Of a stretch of DNA of 64,000 nucleotides, positions 58,501 to 64,000 are shown in pieces. Position numbers and translations under genes: made by a program. Location of the stretch: assembly GCA_964016885.1 (NCBI GenBank), contig OZ024745.1, forward strand, positions 2,480,001 to 2,544,000, read 5' to 3'. The notes below the pieces were generated by a model. The model worked only from the letters and a program-made list of their open reading frames with translations, was not told the origin of the DNA and made no database searches. Source of the DNA: Eledone cirrhosa. Lineage: Eukaryota. The number at the start of each line of letters is the position of its first letter. Positions within the stretch are counted from its first letter, which is position 1.

Positions 58501-61500
58501 GAGGGCTCTACCTCTACGTATTAGGAGAGGGTTCTACATATTAGGAGAGGGCTCTACATATTAGGAGAGGGCTCTACCTCTACATATTAAGAGAGGTCTC
58601 TACCACTACTTATTAGGAGAGCGCTCTACATATTAGGAGAGGGCTCTACCTCTACATATTAGGAGAGGGCTCTACTCTACATATTAGGAGAGGGCTCTAC
58701 CTCTACATATTAGACGAGGGCTCTACATATTAGGTCAGTTTTCTACCTCTACATATTACGAGAGGGCTCTACATATTAGGAGAGGGCTCTACCTCTACAT
58801 ATTAGGAGGGGTCTCGATCTCTACATATTAGGAGAGGGCTCAACATATTAGGAGAGGGCTCTACCTCTACATATTAGGAGAAGGCTCTACCTCTACATAT
58901 TAGGAGAAAGCTCTACATATTAGGAGAAGGTTCTACATCTACATATTAGGAGAGGGCTCTACCTCTACATATTAGGAGAGGGCTCTACATATTAGGAGAG
59001 GTCTCTACCACTACATATTAGGAGAGGGCTCTACTTCTAAATATTAGGAGAGGGCTCTACCTCTACATATTAGGAGAAGGCTCTACCTCTACATATTAGG
59101 AGAAGGCTCTACATATTAGGAGAGGGTTCTACCTCTACATATTAGGAGAAGGCTCTACCTCTACATATTAGGAGAGGTCTCTACCTCTACATATTATGAG
59201 AGGGTTCTACCTCTACATATTAGGAGGGGGTTCTACCTCTACATATTAGGAGAGGGCTCTACCTCTACATATTAGGAGAGGTCTCTACCTCTACATATTA
59301 GGAGAGGGTTCTACCTCTACATATTAGGAGAGGGCTCTACCTCTACATATTAGGAGAGGGCCCTACCTCTACATATTAGGAGAGGTTTCTACCTCTACAT
59401 ATTAGGATAGGGCTCTACCTCTACATATTAGGAGAGGTCTCTACCTCTACATATTAGGAGAGGATTCTACCTCTACATATTAGTAGAGAGCTCTACCTCT
59501 ACATATTAGGAGAGGGCTCTACCTCTACATATTAGGAGAGATTTCTACCTCTACATATTAGGAGAGGGCTCTAAATATTAGGAGAGGGCTGTACCTCTAT
59601 ATATTAGGAGAGGGCTCTACCTCTACATATTATGAGAGGGCTCTACATATTAGGAGAGGGCTTTACCTCTACATATTAGGAGAGGGCTCTACTTATTAGG
59701 AGAGGGTTCTACCTCTACATATTAGGAAAGGGCTCTGCATATTAGGAGAGGGCTCTACCTCTACATATTAGGAGAGGGCTCTACATATTAGGAGATGGCT
59801 CTACCTCTGCATATTAGGAGAGGGCTCTACCTCTACATATTAGGAGAGGGCTCTACATATTAGGAGAGGGCTCTACCTCTACATATTAGGATAAGAATCT
59901 ACCTCTACATATTAGTAGGGAGCTCTACATATTAAGCGAGGGCTCTACATGTTAGGAGAGGGCTCTACATATTAGGAGAGGTCTCTACCTCTACATATTA
60001 GGAGAGGGCTCTACCTCTATATATTAGGAGAGGGTTCTACCTCTACATATTAGGAGAGGGCTATACATATTAGGAGAGGTCTCTACCACTACATATTAGG
60101 AGAGGGCTCCACATATTAGGAGAGGTCTCTACCTCTACATATTAGGAGAAGGCTCTACCTCTACATATTAGGGGAAGGCTCTACATATTAGGAGAGGGTT
60201 CTACCTCTACATATTAGGAGAGGGTCCTACCTCTACATATTAGGAGAGGGCTCTACCTCTAAATATTAGGAGAGGGCTCTACCTCTACATATTAGGAGAG
60301 GGGTCTACCTCTACATATTAGGAGAGGGCTCTACATATTACGAGAGGGCTCTACCTCTACATATTAGGAGAGGGCTCTACCTCTACATATTATGAGAGGG
60401 CTCTACATATTAGGAGAGGTCTCTACATATTAGGAGAGGGCCCTACCTCTACATATTAGGAGAGGTTTCTACCTCTACATATTAGGAGAGGGCTCTACCT
60501 CTACATATTAGGAGAGGTCTCTACCTCTACATATTAGGAGAGGGTTCTACCTCTACATATTAGGAGAGGGCTCTACCTCTACATATTAGGAGAGGGCTCT
60601 ACCTCTACATATTAGGAGAGGTTTCTACCTCTACATATTAGGAGAGGTCTCTACCTCTACCTATTAGGAGAGGGCTCAGCATTATTAGGAGAAGGCTCTA
60701 CCTCTACATATTAGGAGAAGGCTCTACCTCCACATATTAGGAGAAGGCTCTACATATTAGGAGAAGGCTCTACCTCTACATGTTAGGAGAGGGCTCTAGA
60801 TATTAGGAGAGGTCTCTACCACTACATATTAGGAGAGGGCTCTACCTCTACATATTAGGAGAATTCTCTACCTCTACATATTAGGAGAAGGCTGTACTTC
60901 TACATATTAGGAGAATGCTCTACATATTAGGAGAGGGTTCTACCTCTACATATTAGGAGAAAGCTCTACCTCTACATATTAGGAGAGGCTTCTACCTCTA
61001 CATATTAGGCGAGGGCTCTACATATTGGGAGAGGGCTCTACATATTAGGAGAGGACTCTACCTCTACATAGTAGGAGAGTGCTCTACCTCTACATATTAG
61101 GAGAGGGCTCTACGTCTACATATTAGGAGAGGGCTCTACATCTACATATTAGGAGAGGGCTCTACCTCTACATATTAGGAGAGGGCTCTACATATTAGGA
61201 GAGGGCTCTACCTCTACGTATTAGGAGAGGGTTCTACATATTAGGAGAGGGCTCTACATATTAGGAGAGGGCTCTACCTCTACATATTAAGAGAGGTCTC
61301 TACCACTACTTATTAGGAGAGCGCTCTACATATTAGGAGAGGGCTCTACCTCTACATATTAGGAGAGGGCTCTACTCTACATATTAGGAGAGGGCTCTAC
61401 CTCTACATATTAGACGAGGGCTCTACATATTAGGTCAGTTTTCTACCTCTACATATTACGAGAGGGCTCTACATATTAGGAGAGGGCTCTACCTCTACAT

Positions 61501-64000
61501 ATTAGGAGGGGTCTCGATCTCTACATATTAGGAGAGGGCTCAACATATTAGGAGAGGGCTCTACCTCTACATATTAGGAGAAGGCTCTACCTCTACATAT
61601 TAGGAGAAAGCTCTACATATTAGGAGAAGGTTCTACATCTACATATTAGGAGAGGGGTCTACCTCTACATATTAGGAGAGGGCTCTACATATTAGGAGAG
61701 GTCTCTACCACTACATATTAGGAGAGGGCTCTACTTCTAAATATTAGGAGAGGGCTCTACCTCTACATATTAGGAGAAGGCTCTACCTCTACATATTAGG
61801 AGAAGGCTCTACATATTAGGAGAGGGTTCTACCTCTACATATTAGGAGAAGGCTCTACCTCTACATATTAGGAGAGGTCTCTACCTCTACATATTATGAG
61901 AGGGTTCTACCTCTACATATTAGGAGGGGGTTCTACCTCTACATATTAGGAGAGGGCTCTACCTCTACATATTAGGAGAGGTCTCTACCTCTACATATTA
62001 GGAGAGGGTTCTACCTCTACATATTAGGAGAGGGCTCTACCTCTACATATTAGGAGAGGGCCCTACCTCTACATATTAGGAGAGGTTTCTACCTCTACAT
62101 ATTAGGATAGGGCTCTACCTCTACATATTAGGAGAGGTCTCTACCTCTACATATTAGGAGAGGATTCTACCTCTACATATTAGTAGAGAGCTCTACCTCT
62201 ACATATTAGGAGAGGGCTCTACCTCTACATATTAGGAGAGATTTCTACCTCTACATATTAGGAGAGGGCTCTAAATATTAGGAGAGGGCTGTACCTCTAT
62301 ATATTAGGAGAGGGCTCTACCTCTACATATTATGAGAGGGCTCTACATATTAGGAGAGGGCTTTACCTCTACATATTAGGAGAGGGCTCTACTTATTAGG
62401 AGAGGGTTCTACCTCTACATATTAGGAAAGGGCTCTGCATATTAGGAGAGGGCTCTACCTCTACATATTAGGAGAGGGCTCTACATATTAGGAGATGGCT
62501 CTACCTCTGCATATTAGGAGAGGGCTCTACCTCTACATATTAGGAGAGGGCTCTACATATTAGGAGAGGGCTCTACCTCTACATATTAGGATAAGAATCT
62601 ACCTCTACATATTAGTAGGGAGCTCTACATATTAAGCGAGGGCTCTACATGTTAGGAGAGGGCTCTACATATTAGGAGAGGTCTCTACCTCTACATATTA
62701 GGAGAGGGCTCTACCTCTATATATTAGGAGAGGGTTCTACCTCTACATATTAGGAGAGGGCTATACATATTAGGAGAGGTCTCTACCACTACATATTAGG
62801 AGAGGGCTCCACATATTAGGAGAGGTCTCTACCTCTACATATTAGGAGAAGGCTCTACCTCTACATATTAGGGGAAGGCTCTACATATTAGGAGAGGGTT
62901 CTACCTCTACATATTAGGAGAGGGTCCTACCTCTACATATTAGGAGAGGGCTCTACCTCTAAATATTAGGAGAGGGCTCTACCTCTACATATTAGGAGAG
63001 GGGTCTACCTCTACATATTAGGAGAGGGCTCTACATATTACGAGAGGGCTCTACCTCTACATATTAGGAGAGGGCTCTACCTCTACATATTATGAGAGGG
63101 CTCTACATATTAGGAGAGGTCTCTACATATTAGGAGAGGGCCCTACCTCTACATATTAGGAGAGGTTTCTACCTCTACATATTAGGAGAGGGCTCTACCT
63201 CTACATATTAGGAGAGGTCTCTACCTCTACATATTAGGAGAGGGTTCTACCTCTACATATTAGGAGAGGGCTCTACCTCTACATATTAGGAGAGGGCTCT
63301 ACCTCTACATATTAGGAGAGGTTTCTACCTCTACATATTAGGAGAGGGCTCTACCTCTACATATTATGAGAGGGCTCTACATATTAGGAGAGCGCTCTAC
63401 CTCTACATATTAGGAGAGGGCTCTACCTCTATAAGGAGAAGGCTCTACCTCTACATATTATGAGAGGGCTCTACATATTAGGAGAGGGTTCTACCTCTAC
63501 ATATTAGGAAAGGGCTCTACATATTAGGAGAGGGCTCTACCTCTACATATTAGGAGAGGGATCTACATATTATGAGAGGGCTCTACATATTAGGAGTGCG
63601 CTCTACCTCTACATATTAGGAGAGGGCTCTACCTCTATAAGGAGAAGGCTCTACCTCTACATATTATGAGAGGGCTCTACCTCTACATATTAGGAGAAGG
63701 CTCTACATATTAGGAGAAGGCTCTACCTCTACATATTAGGAGAGGGTTCTACCTCTACATATTAGGAGGGGGCTCTACATATTAAGCGACGGCTCTACAT
63801 ATTAGGAGAGTGCTCTACATATTAGGAGAGGTCTCTACCTCTACATATTAGGAGAGGGCTCTACATATTAGTATAGGTCTCTACCACTACATATTAGGAG
63901 AGGGCTCTACCTCTACATATTAGGAGAGGGCTCCACATATTAGGAGAGGTCTCTACCTCTACATATTAGGAGAGGGCTCTACCTCTACATATTAGGAGAG
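34545..64000. repeat. Satellite array of at least 29.4 kb, 26-bp and 20-bp monomers (roughly 1200), with higher-order repeats; runs off the window
   Basis: TATTAGGAGAGGGCTCTA(CCTCTA)CA. Confidence 0.99.

Noticed and set aside
34545-64000. True telomeric repeat, or coding or encoded information in the 20/26 pattern
   Set aside because: It is not tandem TTAGGG, it has no ORFs, and the pattern is explained by slippage of a CTCTAC duplication plus segmental duplication.

Overview
Repeat-dominated, AT-rich eukaryotic DNA, probably from a coleoid cephalopod such as an octopus; this is inferred from the tRNA-derived SINE families, the mariner subfamily and the extreme (TA)n/(CA)n load. No intact host protein-coding gene is supported, and nearly all listed ORFs are microsatellite or minisatellite read-throughs. 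Positions 1-34.5 kb are a patchwork of microsatellites, seven minisatellite arrays, tRNA-SINEs, non-autonomous Helitrons, an R4/Dong-like LINE 3' fragment, an RTE-like non-autonomous element, a mariner relic and many fold-back palindromes. Positions 34.5-64 kb are one 26/20-bp satellite with kb-scale higher-order repeats. The most notable signal is a set of at least four sequence-distinct short elements embedded in (TA)n. They carry type I hammerhead ribozyme motifs (complete or 3' halves), share a covarying stem-loop near their 3' ends, and repeatedly fold back at or near the ribozyme's stem II, which fits Penelope-like or retrozyme biology.
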